Both the position numbers and the translations under genes were made by a program. DNA of 64,000 nt from Candidatus Bathyarchaeota archaeon (GTDB taxonomy: Archaea > Thermoproteota > Bathyarchaeia > Bathyarchaeales > Bathycorpusculaceae), in assembly GCA_963811105.1 (NCBI GenBank), contig CAWEPZ010000002.1, forward strand, positions 256,001 through 320,000, read 5' to 3'. Shown here one piece after another: positions 20,940-31,640 of this stretch. The notes under the pieces were generated by a model, which was not told the origin of the DNA, ran no database searches, and saw only the letters and a list, made by a program, of their open reading frames with translations. Positions within the stretch are counted from its first letter, which is position 1. Each line of letters opens with the position of its first letter.

Positions 20940-22540
20940 TAAAAATAAGTTGCCCTCAAGACTTCAAAAGCCAAGATATACCGACCAACCCAGGAGTCTA
21001 CTTATACAAAGACGAAGCAGGCGAAATTCTCTATATCGGCAAAGCCAAAAGCCTGCGATCTCGTGTTAAAAGCTATTTTTCAAATACCGACCAACCCGCG
21101 AAAACAAGGCAGCTAGTTTCGCATATTAAGAAAATTGATTGGATAATTGTCAACACTGAGGTTGAGGCGCTTCTTTTGGAGAATAAGCTGGTTAAGCAGC
21201 ACACGCCCAAGTACAACATAGACCTCAAAGATGCTAAAACCTTTGCTTATATTTCGCTCACACGCGAGGATTTTCCAAGGGTTCTTACCAGCCGTAAAGT
21301 GTCGCGGAAACTTGAATCCTTCGGGCCATACACTGAGGGATTTATTCGACAGGATCTTCAACGTTTAGTCGTACGAGTCTTCAAACTGCGCACCTGCAAA
21401 ACCATGCACAAACGTGCTTGCCTAAACTACCATATCAACAATTGCACTGCTCCATGCATTGAAAAAGTAAACGCCGAACAATACGCAGAACAAGTCAAGC
21501 ATGCCCGCTCTTTTCTAAATGGCAATTACCAGAAAACAATCGACCTGCTCAGGTCCCAGATGCAAAATGCTTCGGCGGAGCGGAAATATGAAGAAGCTCT
21601 TGACCTCCGAAACCAAATCGCATCCATTAGACTTTTGACGCAACATCAGATAGTAGATCATGAGAGACGTTTTGACCAAGACATTCTGGCGTTTCGGCAA
21701 GTAGGTGAGAAAATGTTGGCAGTTCAGATGGGGGTGCGTAAGGGCGTGTTGCGTGGTAAATCTGAATTTAGCGTTGATTTGCAGCCTCAGATTGAGCAGG
21801 AGTTTTTGAAGGCTTATTATGTAGCCAATCAAATTCCGCGTGAAATCTTGTTGAATAAGCCTTGTTGGCAGGGCACCGAAGAGAAAAAGGCTTTGGAAGA
21901 GTTTCTCTCGGCAAAACGAAATGCGCCTGTTTCCTTGACTATTCCTAGGCGGGCTGATAAGCTTGCGCTTGTAAAGTTGGCAGAGAAAAACTTGGAATCC
22001 ACATTGGAGGTTGACAGTGCATTAGTTGATTTGCAGAATTCCTTTAATCTTCCAGTTTTGCCCCGTGTAATTGAAAGCTTTGACATTTCAAATTTGGGGC
22101 AGGAACATGTGGTCTCGGGAATGGTTAGCTTCAAGGATGCGAAACCTGATAAGAGAAACTACCGCAAATTCAAAATCAAAACTTTCATTGGACAAGATGA
22201 TTTTGCTGCAGTCAACGAAGTTGTCTCAAGAAGGTACAAACGTTTGGTTGAAGAAAAAAGCACGTTGCCTGACTTAGTCATTATTGACGGTGGACCAGGG
22301 CAGGTGAGTGCTGCAAAAGCGGCGTTGCAAACGCTCGGACTGCAGATTCCGCTAATTGGTTTGGCTAAGGAGCATGAGGAAATCTATTTACCCGATGAGT
22401 CTGCATCGAGAAGTTTTGATAAGAATAGTAGAATGATGCTTCTGTTGAGAAAAATCCGTGATGCTACTCATGAGTTTTCGCTGGGCTACAATCTCAAGAG
22501 ACGGCAAATGAAAATTCGGGAAGAATTCAAACATGCATAG
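20936..22540 (+). CDS. uvrC: Excinuclease ABC subunit C
   Basis: GVY-YIG (GVYLY...YIGKA), Cys-rich segment, FDISN, DDFAA, IDGG. Confidence 0.93.
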   Translation: MIKISCPQDFKSQDIPTNPGVYLYKDEAGEILYIGKAKSLRSRVKSYFSNTDQPAKTRQLVSHIKKIDWIIVNTEVEALLLENKLVKQHTPKYNIDLKDAKTFAYISLTREDFPRVLTSRKVSRKLESFGPYTEGFIRQDLQRLVVRVFKLRTCKTMHKRACLNYHINNCTAPCIEKVNAEQYAEQVKHARSFLNGNYQKTIDLLRSQMQNASAERKYEEALDLRNQIASIRLLTQHQIVDHERRFDQDILAFRQVGEKMLAVQMGVRKGVLRGKSEFSVDLQPQIEQEFLKAYYVANQIPREILLNKPCWQGTEEKKALEEFLSAKRNAPVSLTIPRRADKLALVKLAEKNLESTLEVDSALVDLQNSFNLPVLPRVIESFDISNLGQEHVVSGMVSFKDAKPDKRNYRKFKIKTFIGQDDFAAVNEVVSRRYKRLVEEKSTLPDLVIIDGGPGQVSAAKAALQTLGLQIPLIGLAKEHEEIYLPDESASRSFDKNSRMMLLLRKIRDATHEFSLGYNLKRRQMKIREEFKHA

Positions 22541-22641
22541 GATGTTCCGTACGATACCCTGTGCGGTTTAACGGCGGCGTGAGTCTTAAATTTATATGAA
22601 CTAATCGCAGCAATCTAGTAGAGGAAACGGAAGTTTGTATC

Positions 22642-23337
22642 ATGACCGAAGAAAGCGCAAACACTCGGATGAGGCACCGCATAGAATCCCTCTCCGATCT
22701 GATTTTCGGTTTGGCGCTTTCTATAGGCGCCCTGACTTTGATAGGTCAACCGCCCAGCGATTTTCCGCACTTGCTCGCGTACATCCTGTATTACGGTTTC
22801 AGTTTTCTAATCCTCATTAGCATTTGGCGCTCCTATACTCGCATCATGACTTTGTTGCCTGTAGAAACAAACCATATAATTAACCTCAATATTCTTCTGC
22901 TCTTCTTGGTCTCTATAGAACCCTACCTTTTCAACCAACTCCTTTTCTCGCAGAGCCTTGCTTGGGCAGAAAATGTTTCAATAGTTTACGCGTTCAACCT
23001 AGGTGCTTTGTTCATGATTCAGACATTCTTCGCTAACTCCATAGTAAGCGAGAAAAAACAAAGCATGTCCCAAGAATTGGTTGGCGAGTATAAATTTAGA
23101 AGATATGTCTTGTTGATTTCTGCCGTTCTTTTCTTTGTCTCGGCCTTGCCTGTTTTCTGGTCTTGGAGAATCGCATTAAGCAACGATACCCAAGTTCAGT
23201 TGAGGTTTATAATTTGGATTATACCCCTATTATCGCCACTAATAGTTCGCCTTAGAACACACCAAAAAATGAAGAATCACTCGCCTCTAAATCCGTTACC
23301 GCGCAAAGTAACAGCCCTTAAAAATAGTACGCTCTAA
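22642..23337 (+). CDS. TMEM175/DUF1211 family potassium channel
   Basis: RIESLSDLIFGLALS signature and TM helices. Confidence 0.8.
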   Translation: MTEESANTRMRHRIESLSDLIFGLALSIGALTLIGQPPSDFPHLLAYILYYGFSFLILISIWRSYTRIMTLLPVETNHIINLNILLLFLVSIEPYLFNQLLFSQSLAWAENVSIVYAFNLGALFMIQTFFANSIVSEKKQSMSQELVGEYKFRRYVLLISAVLFFVSALPVFWSWRIALSNDTQVQLRFIIWIIPLLSPLIVRLRTHQKMKNHSPLNPLPRKVTALKNSTL

Positions 23338-23396
23338 TCAAAAGGCTACAAGCACTTTCAAAAAATTGCAACTCTTATTAGCATAAATATTCATAT

Positions 23397-24347
23397 TTGT
23401 GTTGGTTAGAAATGCCTATAATTAATTCAATAATGGAAAAAGCAGTTGCATATGATAAAAATGGGTTAGTCAAGATTGAGATCGATAATGCACTTGTTTC
23501 ACTGAAAGATTTTAGGTCAAAATTTCCTTTCACTGAAAATCCGGAGTCAATAGACAAGCTGATGCCCGACAAAGTCTTTAAATTTAATCCAGATGCGGTT
23601 GGAGAATTTTTCCAATATTTAGTTGGTTCTCTTAATCCACTTGGTCACCTTAGAATCCGTGACTCCAATATTTTTGCCAATATTAGAATGCAAATTGATG
23701 ATTTCAAGGATTTGCTTCACGTTGTGGTTAATAAGAAAAAGTCTCTGGCTCAAAAAGTAGATGCTCCTTGGGAAAAAATAAGAGGTTTAGGACAAGAGAG
23801 GCAAATTGCGAGTAAAATCATATTTTGCTTTAATTATGAAAGCGGAAATGTTTTACCCATCTTTAGCACCGTTCATTTGAGACATTTCGTTAGTCGAATA
23901 ATTGACAATCCAAATCGTCAAGCAAAATATTATTCGCTCGGCGAAGAATATGAGTTCTATACTTCTGAACTGCTGAGAGCAAAAGATAAACTGCCCATAA
24001 CGCAACCTTGGGAAATCACATACTTTGCCCGATTTCTATACAATAGTTACCCACCGCCAGACAGAGAATCTACCCCAACCAACGTAGCCGGTGAAAGAAA
24101 AAGCGGAAACATAGAAACACACGAACAGTTAAAGCTAAGAGAATTCGTAAAACTACTCGGCGAATTACAAACAAAAGGGAAAATCACTGGACAACAATTC
24201 AGAGAGAACCGCGAATTGTGGATGCAACAACAACCCAATGACCGAGACGTTCTTGCCTGGCGACTAAAGCAACTCCTAAACATAGAACCCAAAACAAACC
24301 CTGACTCGCCAAGAAATCAACCATTGCAAAAACACCGTAAACTATAG
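23397..24347 (+). CDS. Hypothetical protein
   Basis: 316-aa uninterrupted ORF with no family I recognise; start probably at one of the downstream Met codons. Confidence 0.7.
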   Translation: MCWLEMPIINSIMEKAVAYDKNGLVKIEIDNALVSLKDFRSKFPFTENPESIDKLMPDKVFKFNPDAVGEFFQYLVGSLNPLGHLRIRDSNIFANIRMQIDDFKDLLHVVVNKKKSLAQKVDAPWEKIRGLGQERQIASKIIFCFNYESGNVLPIFSTVHLRHFVSRIIDNPNRQAKYYSLGEEYEFYTSELLRAKDKLPITQPWEITYFARFLYNSYPPPDRESTPTNVAGERKSGNIETHEQLKLREFVKLLGELQTKGKITGQQFRENRELWMQQQPNDRDVLAWRLKQLLNIEPKTNPDSPRNQPLQKHRKL

Positions 24348-24363
24348 TCAATTAAAGTAATTT

Positions 24364-24441
24364 TGGCGGGCCCGACGGGAATTGAACCCGCGACCTACGG
24401 ATTAAGAGTCCGCCGCTCTAGCCTGACTGAGCCACGGGCCC
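24364..24441 (-). tRNA. tRNA-Lys (anticodon CTT), CCA encoded, no intron
   Basis: GGGCCCG acceptor stem, anticodon arm GCGGA-CTCTTAA-TCCGT, GGTTCAATTCC T-arm, 3' GCCA. Confidence 0.97.
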
Positions 24442-24565
24442 GCATAAGGCTCTTTTGAAAAAGGTTTCACTGAATAATATAGAGCTTGCGGTTTTGTAGT
24501 TGCCGGGCCTGTTGCAGTGAAAAACTAATAACAAAGTATTTCTTTACACATATGGAGCAGTTTTT

Positions 24566-25480
24566 ATGGTAAACCATCAAGGCGAAGTTTTCGTTTTACA
24601 AACATCAGATAGAGTAACAGGCGTTCCTGAACTGCTTAAAAAGTTTGACCTTGGCGATTATTCTGGTAAGCACGTGGCTTTGAAAGCTAATTTTAACAGT
24701 GCTGACCCGTTTCCAGCCTCAACACATCTAGACACGCTGAGAGCCCTGGTTGAAGCCATAAAGAGAGCTGGCGCTAACGATATAACTCTGGCCGAACGTA
24801 GCGGCATGGGCAAAACAGAGAAGGTTTTGGAGCAAATGGGTGTTTTAGCCCTATCAAAAGAACTTGACTTCAACGCTGTTATCTTAGATGATGTTGGCAA
24901 AGATGACTGGCTCAAAGTTGAACACACAGACACACATTGGCTAAAAGGGTTCTACATTGCAAAAGTATTCCACGACGCCGAAAAAGTTGTGCAAACCTGC
25001 TGCCTCAAAACCCACCGATTCGGCGGTCACTTTACGCTTTCAATGAAGAACTCTGTCGGTTTAGTAGCGAAAAAGGTTCCGGGCGGAATGTACGATTACA
25101 TGTGGGAACTGCACGGCTCACCCTATCAACGTCAGATGATTGCGGAAATAAACTGCAACTACAACGTAGACTTTGTGTTGATGGATGGAATAAAAGCCTT
25201 CATAACTGGCGGTCCTGAAAACGGGACAGTTGTTGAGCCCAATCTTTTACTTGCCAGTAAAGACCGAGTGGCTATTGACGCAGTTGGGGTGGCAATTCTC
25301 AAGAAATATGGTGCCAAAGGCAAAATTGGCAAAGCAAACGTTTTCGATCAAGATCAACTTAAGCGAGCGAAAGAGCTGGGGTTTGGAGTAAAATCAGCTG
25401 ATGAAATAAAGTTGACACCTCTAAACGATGACAGCAGAGCTGAAGTTGAGCAAATAGAACAGATGCTTAGAGTTCATTAA
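24566..25480 (+). CDS. DUF362 family protein
   Basis: VALKANF, CCLKTH, TLSMKN, DRVAID. Confidence 0.85.
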   Translation: MVNHQGEVFVLQTSDRVTGVPELLKKFDLGDYSGKHVALKANFNSADPFPASTHLDTLRALVEAIKRAGANDITLAERSGMGKTEKVLEQMGVLALSKELDFNAVILDDVGKDDWLKVEHTDTHWLKGFYIAKVFHDAEKVVQTCCLKTHRFGGHFTLSMKNSVGLVAKKVPGGMYDYMWELHGSPYQRQMIAEINCNYNVDFVLMDGIKAFITGGPENGTVVEPNLLLASKDRVAIDAVGVAILKKYGAKGKIGKANVFDQDQLKRAKELGFGVKSADEIKLTPLNDDSRAEVEQIEQMLRVH

Positions 25481-26141
25481 CACGCAATAGTATGTCTGGT
25501 TTATCGCTGGCTATGCCATCCACGCCTTTCTTAGCGTATTCCTCGACTTCTTGAGGGTTGTTTATAGTCCAAACTACAACTTTTAAACCGAACTGATGCG
25601 CTTTCTCCACATTTGCCGTATGCGTGAACTTGTAGAAGGCAAGAAGATAATTCGCCTTCAAATCCAAAGCCGCTTTCTGCGGGTTGCTGTGCTTTGCGTA
25701 AATCAAGCCAGTCTCAATATCCTTGTTCAACTCCCGGACTTTTCTGAGCGCATCTTCCAGAAAAGAAACAACTACAACATTCTTCTCCAAGCCCTTCTTA
25801 TGAACTATAGAGAGCACTTGTTCTTCAAAGCCGGTATCCTTCAACTCAATAAACACCTTGACCTTCTCATCCAAAAAATCCAGCGCTTCCTCCAAAGTCG
25901 GGATTTTCTCGCCTTCAGCGGAGAGACTTTTGATTTCCTTGAGGGCGAGGTCCCTTACCAAGCCTTCGCCGTTGGTTGTGCGTTTAACGTCTGCGTCGTG
26001 TATAACGACAAGCTGGTTGTCTTTGGTTTTTCTTACGTCTAACTCAATCGCGTCTACGCCGATTTCTAGGGCTTTCTTAAAACTTTTCAATGTATTTTCC
26101 GGCGCATAAGCTCTTGCGCCTCTGTGACCAATAAGCAACAT
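25467..26141 (-). CDS. Glycerophosphodiester phosphodiesterase
   Basis: GHRGA, PENT, ELDV, HD, WTIN, GVDGIASD. Confidence 0.93.
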   Translation of the reverse strand: MLLIGHRGARAYAPENTLKSFKKALEIGVDAIELDVRKTKDNQLVVIHDADVKRTTNGEGLVRDLALKEIKSLSAEGEKIPTLEEALDFLDEKVKVFIELKDTGFEEQVLSIVHKKGLEKNVVVVSFLEDALRKVRELNKDIETGLIYAKHSNPQKAALDLKANYLLAFYKFTHTANVEKAHQFGLKVVVWTINNPQEVEEYAKKGVDGIASDKPDILLRVNEL

Positions 26142-26311
26142 GATAAACTGTTCTTCAAAGTAGGAATAATACGTTTTGTAAAAAGAATTCCTAAAGGGAG
26201 AGGGGAATCATTACTTGAGTGAAGTTCTAAAAGGCAAAAAGAGCAATTTGAAAAGATAATTAGAGTAAAATTGAATGCTTAAATAGTAAACGAAACTCAC
26301 TGAAAGATTGA

Positions 26312-26785
26312 GTGAAGCGCGCTATGTCTTTTAATGAAAAAGTCGTAATGAATCCGATAGGTGTGGTCAAAACAAACGCTGTCGGAGACGAGGTTAAAGA
26401 CAAAACCAGAATCTCACAAATTATACTCAATGATGAGTTAGCTCAAGCTTTAGAGGGTATTGCCGATTTTTCCCATTTGTTTGTTATTTTCTGGATGAGC
26501 CAAATCCAGGAGGATAAACGGATGGTTCTCAAGGTTCATCCGAGAGGAAGAATGGACCTGCCTTTGCTTGGAGTCTTCGCCACCAGAACAAACCTTCGAC
26601 CAAACCCCATAGGTCTAACGTTAGTTGAATTGTTAAAAGTTGATGGCTTGACTCTGACTGTTCGAGGTCTTGACGCTTACGACGGGACACCCATATTGGA
26701 CATTAAGCCATTTGACTTCTGGGATAATGCTGAGCAAGCTAGAGTTCCTGAATGGTGGACAAAGCTGAACAACAAAAAAAATTAG
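26312..26785 (+). CDS. tsaA: tRNA (t6A37) N6-methyltransferase TrmO
   Basis: GVFATRTNLRPNPIGL, GLDAYDGTPILDIKP. Confidence 0.9.
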   Translation: MKRAMSFNEKVVMNPIGVVKTNAVGDEVKDKTRISQIILNDELAQALEGIADFSHLFVIFWMSQIQEDKRMVLKVHPRGRMDLPLLGVFATRTNLRPNPIGLTLVELLKVDGLTLTVRGLDAYDGTPILDIKPFDFWDNAEQARVPEWWTKLNNKKN

Positions 26786-26788
26786 TGC

Positions 26789-27289
26789 TCACATCAAGTC
26801 TTTAATGTCGTATTTTGTGTCAAGCAATCTTAAGAGTTCTTTTCTAAGTTCTTCAGCTGTAAACCCTCCTGCCTTGATGCCCCTAATTTGATCCGCAAGC
26901 TCTGTCTCCTTGCAAGCTTCTTTTAGCCAGTTTTCAAAGTCGCCTCTGTAGAGATGGAACTCAAGGGAATCAACATTGACCTGTTTGATAAACCTGTAAA
27001 ACTCCTCCAGTGTCAGTGCAGTTAAGGCTGTGGGTGAGTCTATGCCGTTGTAAAAGTGAAAACCCATCTCATTGATAACAGGTGCGAGCGCTTTAAGCAC
27101 TGATTTTCCTTTTTCAGTAACCCCATATCCGTTTCCGACCTTGTGCAAAAAGCCTTTTTTTGCCAGTTCGTGGATTTGCTGTATTGCTTGATCTGGATTC
27201 AAATTTACTTTTTTAGCAAACATGTTCAGATCCATGCGACTTGTGGCTTCACTCATTGTTTTCAAAACTTTAAATTGCTCATCATTCAA
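26789..27289 (-). CDS. Winged-helix plus DUF5752-like domain protein
   Basis: N-terminal wHTH ending YGVTEKG; C-terminal FHF...LEEF...SLEFHLYRGDFENW. Confidence 0.65.
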   Translation of the reverse strand: MNDEQFKVLKTMSEATSRMDLNMFAKKVNLNPDQAIQQIHELAKKGFLHKVGNGYGVTEKGKSVLKALAPVINEMGFHFYNGIDSPTALTALTLEEFYRFIKQVNVDSLEFHLYRGDFENWLKEACKETELADQIRGIKAGGFTAEELRKELLRLLDTKYDIKDLM

Positions 27290-27419
27290 TAATTATCCCT
27301 CAAATAGTAATAACAACACATCTTCTATATTCATTAAACGGAAATTTATGTCTTAACGAGTTCCACGCAAAGAAAAGCATTTACCCCTTCAGGAACTGAA
27401 CATTATTTGGTGAATCCAT

Positions 27420-27743
27420 TTGAAAAATAATTACATTGTCATATTAGTTACCACTAAAGATAAGTTGGAAGCAGAAAAAATATCGCAGGTGCTTTTGAAA
27501 GAACGATTGATTGCTTGTGCAAACATCGTTAATCCAGTCACGTCATTTTTTTATTGGGTTGACAAAATTGACAAGGCTGAGGAATGCTTAATCGTTATGA
27601 AATCTAGAATGGACCTTTTTGAGCAAGTTGCAGAGCAGGTTAAGCAGTTGCATAGTTATAAGGTTCCGGAGATTCTGGCGGTTCCGATTGTTGAGAGTTC
27701 GAAGACTTATTTGGATTGGATGAGTGTCGTTTTAAAACCTTAA
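27420..27743 (+). CDS. cutA: Divalent-cation tolerance protein CutA
   Basis: LIACAN, YW, HSYKVPEI, YLDW. Confidence 0.92.
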   Translation: MKNNYIVILVTTKDKLEAEKISQVLLKERLIACANIVNPVTSFFYWVDKIDKAEECLIVMKSRMDLFEQVAEQVKQLHSYKVPEILAVPIVESSKTYLDWMSVVLKP

Positions 27744-27810
27744 TGTATGTTTGTGTACTGGCAAGCCTTAAATAATGCATTGGCGTATGCTTCTGAACTA
27801 TAAAGGAAGC

Positions 27811-29223
27811 ATGGACAAATGGGGAATCGCCTTTGGCACACAAACAACAACAGCTAACCCCTTAAAAATCAAGAAAATCACCCTCGCACAACAGCCTCTC
27901 GAAATATTCTCAAAGCTCCAAAAACAATACCCAACAACCTACCTTTTAGAATCCATCGAAGGACCCGAAAAACTAGCCCAATACTCTTTCATCGGATTTG
28001 ATCCAAAAATAACCGTTCACTGCAAGAATGAAAAAGTGGAAATTAGAAACACAAAAACTGGTGGTTTTTTCACCCAAACAACAAGGGACCCATTGCAAAT
28101 TATAGAAAACCTCCTAAAAGACGACGCCGTGACAGATAGCGAGTTCCGGTTTGTAGGAGGTGCAGTTGGCTACATCTCTTATGATGCAGTGCGTTACTGG
28201 GAAAAACTTCCAGAAAAATCACCTGATGATTTGGTTTTCCCTGATTTGGAAATGGGAATATTCGACGATGGATTCATCTTTAATCACCTGCAAAAACAAG
28301 CTTTCTACTATTATCGGAGTGAAGATCGCATGCCTGAAGTTGAAAGCTTGCTAAAGCAAACAGTTGAATCTGAAGAATTAGTTTACACACAACCTAAAGT
28401 AAATACTAAAAAAGAAAGCTATGAACGGGCAGTTGAAAAAGCAAAAGAATACATCATCGCTGGAGACATCTTCCAAGTTGTACTCTCTAAACGCTACCAA
28501 CTAGAAATAGATGGCAGCTTAATTCCCTTCTATAAAGCATTACGCAGCATTAATCCTTCACCCTACATGTACTTCTACAAGTCAGGAGATCGGCAAATTG
28601 TCGGTTCCAGCCCAGAGATGCTTGTTCGAGTTGAAAACAGAATTGTTGAGACGTTCCCTATTGCCGGCACAAAACCCATTTCTGACGATCCAATCGAAAA
28701 CAACAAACTATCCTGTGAACTACTGGCTGACCCCAAGGAATGTGCAGAGCACGTTATGCTTGTTGATTTAGCACGAAACGATGTAGGCAAAATTTCCAAG
28801 TATGGAAGCGTTCACGTGGCTGAATTCATGAAAGTTCACCAGTACAGCCATGTTCAACATATCGTCTCACAAGTAGTGGGTGAACTGAAAGACAATCTTC
28901 AAAGTTATGATGCTTTGAGGGCTGTTTTTCCAGCTGGAACGGTTTCTGGAGCACCAAAAGTCCGGGCGATGGAAATCATTGATGAACTAGAGCCAGTAAG
29001 ACGTGGGCCTTACGCGGGAGCTGTAGGTTACTTCTCATACAATGGCAATGCAGATTTCGCCATAACTATTCGTACCCTCTTTGCCGACATGAACCAAGCG
29101 TACATTCAAGCGGGAGCAGGAATTGTGGCTGATTCAGTTCCTGAACGCGAGTGGTTTGAAACCGACCATAAGGCAAAGGCGTTGATGCAGGCGCTTGAGC
29201 AAGCTGGAGGTGCTAAAGCATGA
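27811..29223 (+). CDS. trpE: Anthranilate synthase component I
   Basis: LLES, GDIFQVV, NPSPY, SSPE, EHVMLVDLARND, GAPK. Start placed at ATG 27811 because the TATA box (27768-27774) abuts the upstream ATG at 27775. Confidence 0.93.
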   Translation: MDKWGIAFGTQTTTANPLKIKKITLAQQPLEIFSKLQKQYPTTYLLESIEGPEKLAQYSFIGFDPKITVHCKNEKVEIRNTKTGGFFTQTTRDPLQIIENLLKDDAVTDSEFRFVGGAVGYISYDAVRYWEKLPEKSPDDLVFPDLEMGIFDDGFIFNHLQKQAFYYYRSEDRMPEVESLLKQTVESEELVYTQPKVNTKKESYERAVEKAKEYIIAGDIFQVVLSKRYQLEIDGSLIPFYKALRSINPSPYMYFYKSGDRQIVGSSPEMLVRVENRIVETFPIAGTKPISDDPIENNKLSCELLADPKECAEHVMLVDLARNDVGKISKYGSVHVAEFMKVHQYSHVQHIVSQVVGELKDNLQSYDALRAVFPAGTVSGAPKVRAMEIIDELEPVRRGPYAGAVGYFSYNGNADFAITIRTLFADMNQAYIQAGAGIVADSVPEREWFETDHKAKALMQALEQAGGAKA

Positions 29224-29810
29224 AGGTACTTGTAATTGATAATTACGATTCATTCGTTTACAACCTTGTCCAATACATAGGTGAACTCGGCGCCGAAGTC
29301 ACAGTTTTCCGCAATAACGAGGTAACGCTAAAACAGTTAAATGAGCTTAAGCCCGATCGAATTGTTATTTCTCCAGGGCCAGGAACACCTGGGGATGAAC
29401 GGTATTTTGGTGTATGCAAAAACATTCTGCTAACCATGAGCCAAACTATTCCCACTTTGGGCGTTTGCTTAGGTCACCAAGGCATAATCAATACCTATGG
29501 CGGAAAAATTGTCCATGCAAAACGGCTTATGCATGGCAAAACATGCAGGATAAAACATGATCAAAAAGGAATCTTTGTTGGGGTCAGAAACCCGTTCACA
29601 GCTACAAGGTATCATTCGCTTGCTGGCGAACGACGTTCTATTCCTACATGCTTGGAAATTTCTGCAGAATGCATTGATGACGGCGAAATTATGGGGGTTA
29701 GACATATCAAGTATCCGATTTATGGGGTGCAATTTCATCCTGAATCGATTCTCTGCGAAGATGGCAAACTAATAATTAAAAACTTCTTGGATAGGAAGCA
29801 ATCGAGATGA
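29220..29810 (+). CDS. trpG: Anthranilate synthase component II
   Basis: IDNYDSF, SPGPG, GVCLGHQ, FHPES. Confidence 0.95.
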   Translation: MKVLVIDNYDSFVYNLVQYIGELGAEVTVFRNNEVTLKQLNELKPDRIVISPGPGTPGDERYFGVCKNILLTMSQTIPTLGVCLGHQGIINTYGGKIVHAKRLMHGKTCRIKHDQKGIFVGVRNPFTATRYHSLAGERRSIPTCLEISAECIDDGEIMGVRHIKYPIYGVQFHPESILCEDGKLIIKNFLDRKQSR

Positions 29811-30868
29811 TTAGGGAAGGCATACAGAAACTCATCGAAGGCTACAGCCTAACAAGCGGTGAATCAGGCGAAATCATGCGTGAAGTAATTTCGGGGAAAG
29901 CAACAAGCTCGCAAACAGCGGCTTTCCTAACAGCGTTAAGAATGAAAGGTGAAGAAGTTGAGGAGCTCATCGCTTTTGCCTGCGTTATGCGTGAACACAG
30001 CAGCCAAATACATCCCCGTGTTCAAAGCCGCTTAGTGGACACCTGTGGGACAGGTGGCGATAAAATAAAAACCTTCAACGTAAGCACAACCGCAGCCTTT
30101 GTCATTGCAGGCGCTGGGATTGCAGTTGCTAAACATGGAAATAGAGCGGTAACCAGCAAATGCGGAAGCGCCGACGTACTTGAAAACCTTGGTCTCAACT
30201 TACAGGTGGAACCCAAAGCAATAGAGAGAATCATAGAAGACGTTGGAATAGCTTTCATGTTTGCCCCAGCTTTCCATCCAGCCATGAGGTATGCGGTTGA
30301 ACCAAGACGCGAAATCGGTATTCAAACAGTGTTCAATTTGCTCGGACCACTAACTAATCCAGCATGTGCTAACGCCCAACTGCTAGGTGTTTATGAAGCT
30401 AAACTTACAGCGCCGATGGCTTATGCGCTACAACGGCTTGGGTGCGAAGAAGCCATGGTTGTCCACGGATTAGATGGATTAGATGAAGTGTCAACTGTTG
30501 GCAAAACAGCTATCGCGCATTTAAAAAATGGTGGAGTGACTGAAGTTGAAGTTTCTCCTGAAGATTTTGGAGTAAAAATAGCCTGCAGCGCCGATTTGAA
30601 GGTGGCAAGCCCCGAAGAAAGCGCTGAAGTCCTCTTCCAAATTCTCAGTGGCAACCTTACTCATGGCGACCCTAAAATGGAGTTTGTACTTGTCAATAGT
30701 GTCGCAGGAATAATGGTTGGAGGAAAAGCGGAAGACTTTGAAAAAGGGATGGAGATAGCTCGCGAATCTATTGACAGTGGAGATGCTTACAGAAAACTTA
30801 AGGATTTAATTAAAGCATCAAACGGAAATTTGTCGAAACTTGAGGAGTTAGAAGCAAAGTATGATTGA
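29807..30868 (+). CDS. trpD: Anthranilate phosphoribosyltransferase
   Basis: DTCGTGGD, NVST, KHGNR, GSAD, DE. Confidence 0.96.
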   Translation: MIREGIQKLIEGYSLTSGESGEIMREVISGKATSSQTAAFLTALRMKGEEVEELIAFACVMREHSSQIHPRVQSRLVDTCGTGGDKIKTFNVSTTAAFVIAGAGIAVAKHGNRAVTSKCGSADVLENLGLNLQVEPKAIERIIEDVGIAFMFAPAFHPAMRYAVEPRREIGIQTVFNLLGPLTNPACANAQLLGVYEAKLTAPMAYALQRLGCEEAMVVHGLDGLDEVSTVGKTAIAHLKNGGVTEVEVSPEDFGVKIACSADLKVASPEESAEVLFQILSGNLTHGDPKMEFVLVNSVAGIMVGGKAEDFEKGMEIARESIDSGDAYRKLKDLIKASNGNLSKLEELEAKYD

Positions 30869-31640
30869 TTTTCTTGATGTTTTGGCACGCGTTGCACAGA
30901 TAACTATTGAAAGTGAATACTACGATACCATAGCACCAGTGGAGAAAGCTAAAATTAGCTTCAAGAAGGCCATTTTAGACTGCAGAGTTAATCCAATAAT
31001 TACTGAGATCAAGTCAGCTTCACCATCTACTGGAGTAATTAGATCAAACGTTGAATCTGCCCTGATTGCGAAAGCCATGGAAAAAGGCGGAGCCGTAGCC
31101 TTATCTGTATTAACCGAGCCAAAACAGTTCAGCGGATCCTTAGAAGCGTTGGCTCAAGCACGAAAAGCAATAGCACTTCCAATTCTAATGAAAGACATAA
31201 TCCTAAGCCCCATACAAATTCAAGCCGGATCAAAACTTGGCGCCAATGCTGTCTTGTTGATTAAAGCACTGTTTGATCGAGGATACAGCGAAAAAACCAT
31301 CGGGGAAATGATCATTGGAGCACATATGCTTGGGCTTGAGGTTTTGCTTGAAACGCATACATTGTCTGAATTTGTTTCCGCCCTAGAAACAGATGCTGAT
31401 TTGATTGGAATAAATAACCGCAACCTGGCAACATTAAAGGTAGATTTAAACGTGACAAAAAAAATCTTAACAAAAGTTAATCCTGGAGACAAAATTGTCG
31501 TAAGTGAAAGCGGAATACAAACGATAGCCGACATATGCTTCCTCCGAAAGAGCGGCGCACGAGCTTTTCTTATTGGCTCAGCTATAATGTTGAGCGATAA
31601 TATTGAAGAAGAAGTAAAGGAGTTTGTGAATGCAAAATGA
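30861..31640 (+). CDS. trpC: Indole-3-glycerol phosphate synthase
   Basis: [27 protein letters not shown]. Confidence 0.95.
   Translation: MIDFLDVLARVAQITIESEYYDTIAPVEKAKISFKKAILDCRVNPIITEIKSASPSTGVIRSNVESALIAKAMEKGGAVALSVLTEPKQFSGSLEALAQARKAIALPILMKDIILSPIQIQAGSKLGANAVLLIKALFDRGYSEKTIGEMIIGAHMLGLEVLLETHTLSEFVSALETDADLIGINNRNLATLKVDLNVTKKILTKVNPGDKIVVSESGIQTIADICFLRKSGARAFLIGSAIMLSDNIEEEVKEFVNAK

Noticed and set aside
24364-24441. tRNA-Lys as the att site of an integrated element
   Set aside because: No duplicated tRNA 3' end or integrase seen in the window.
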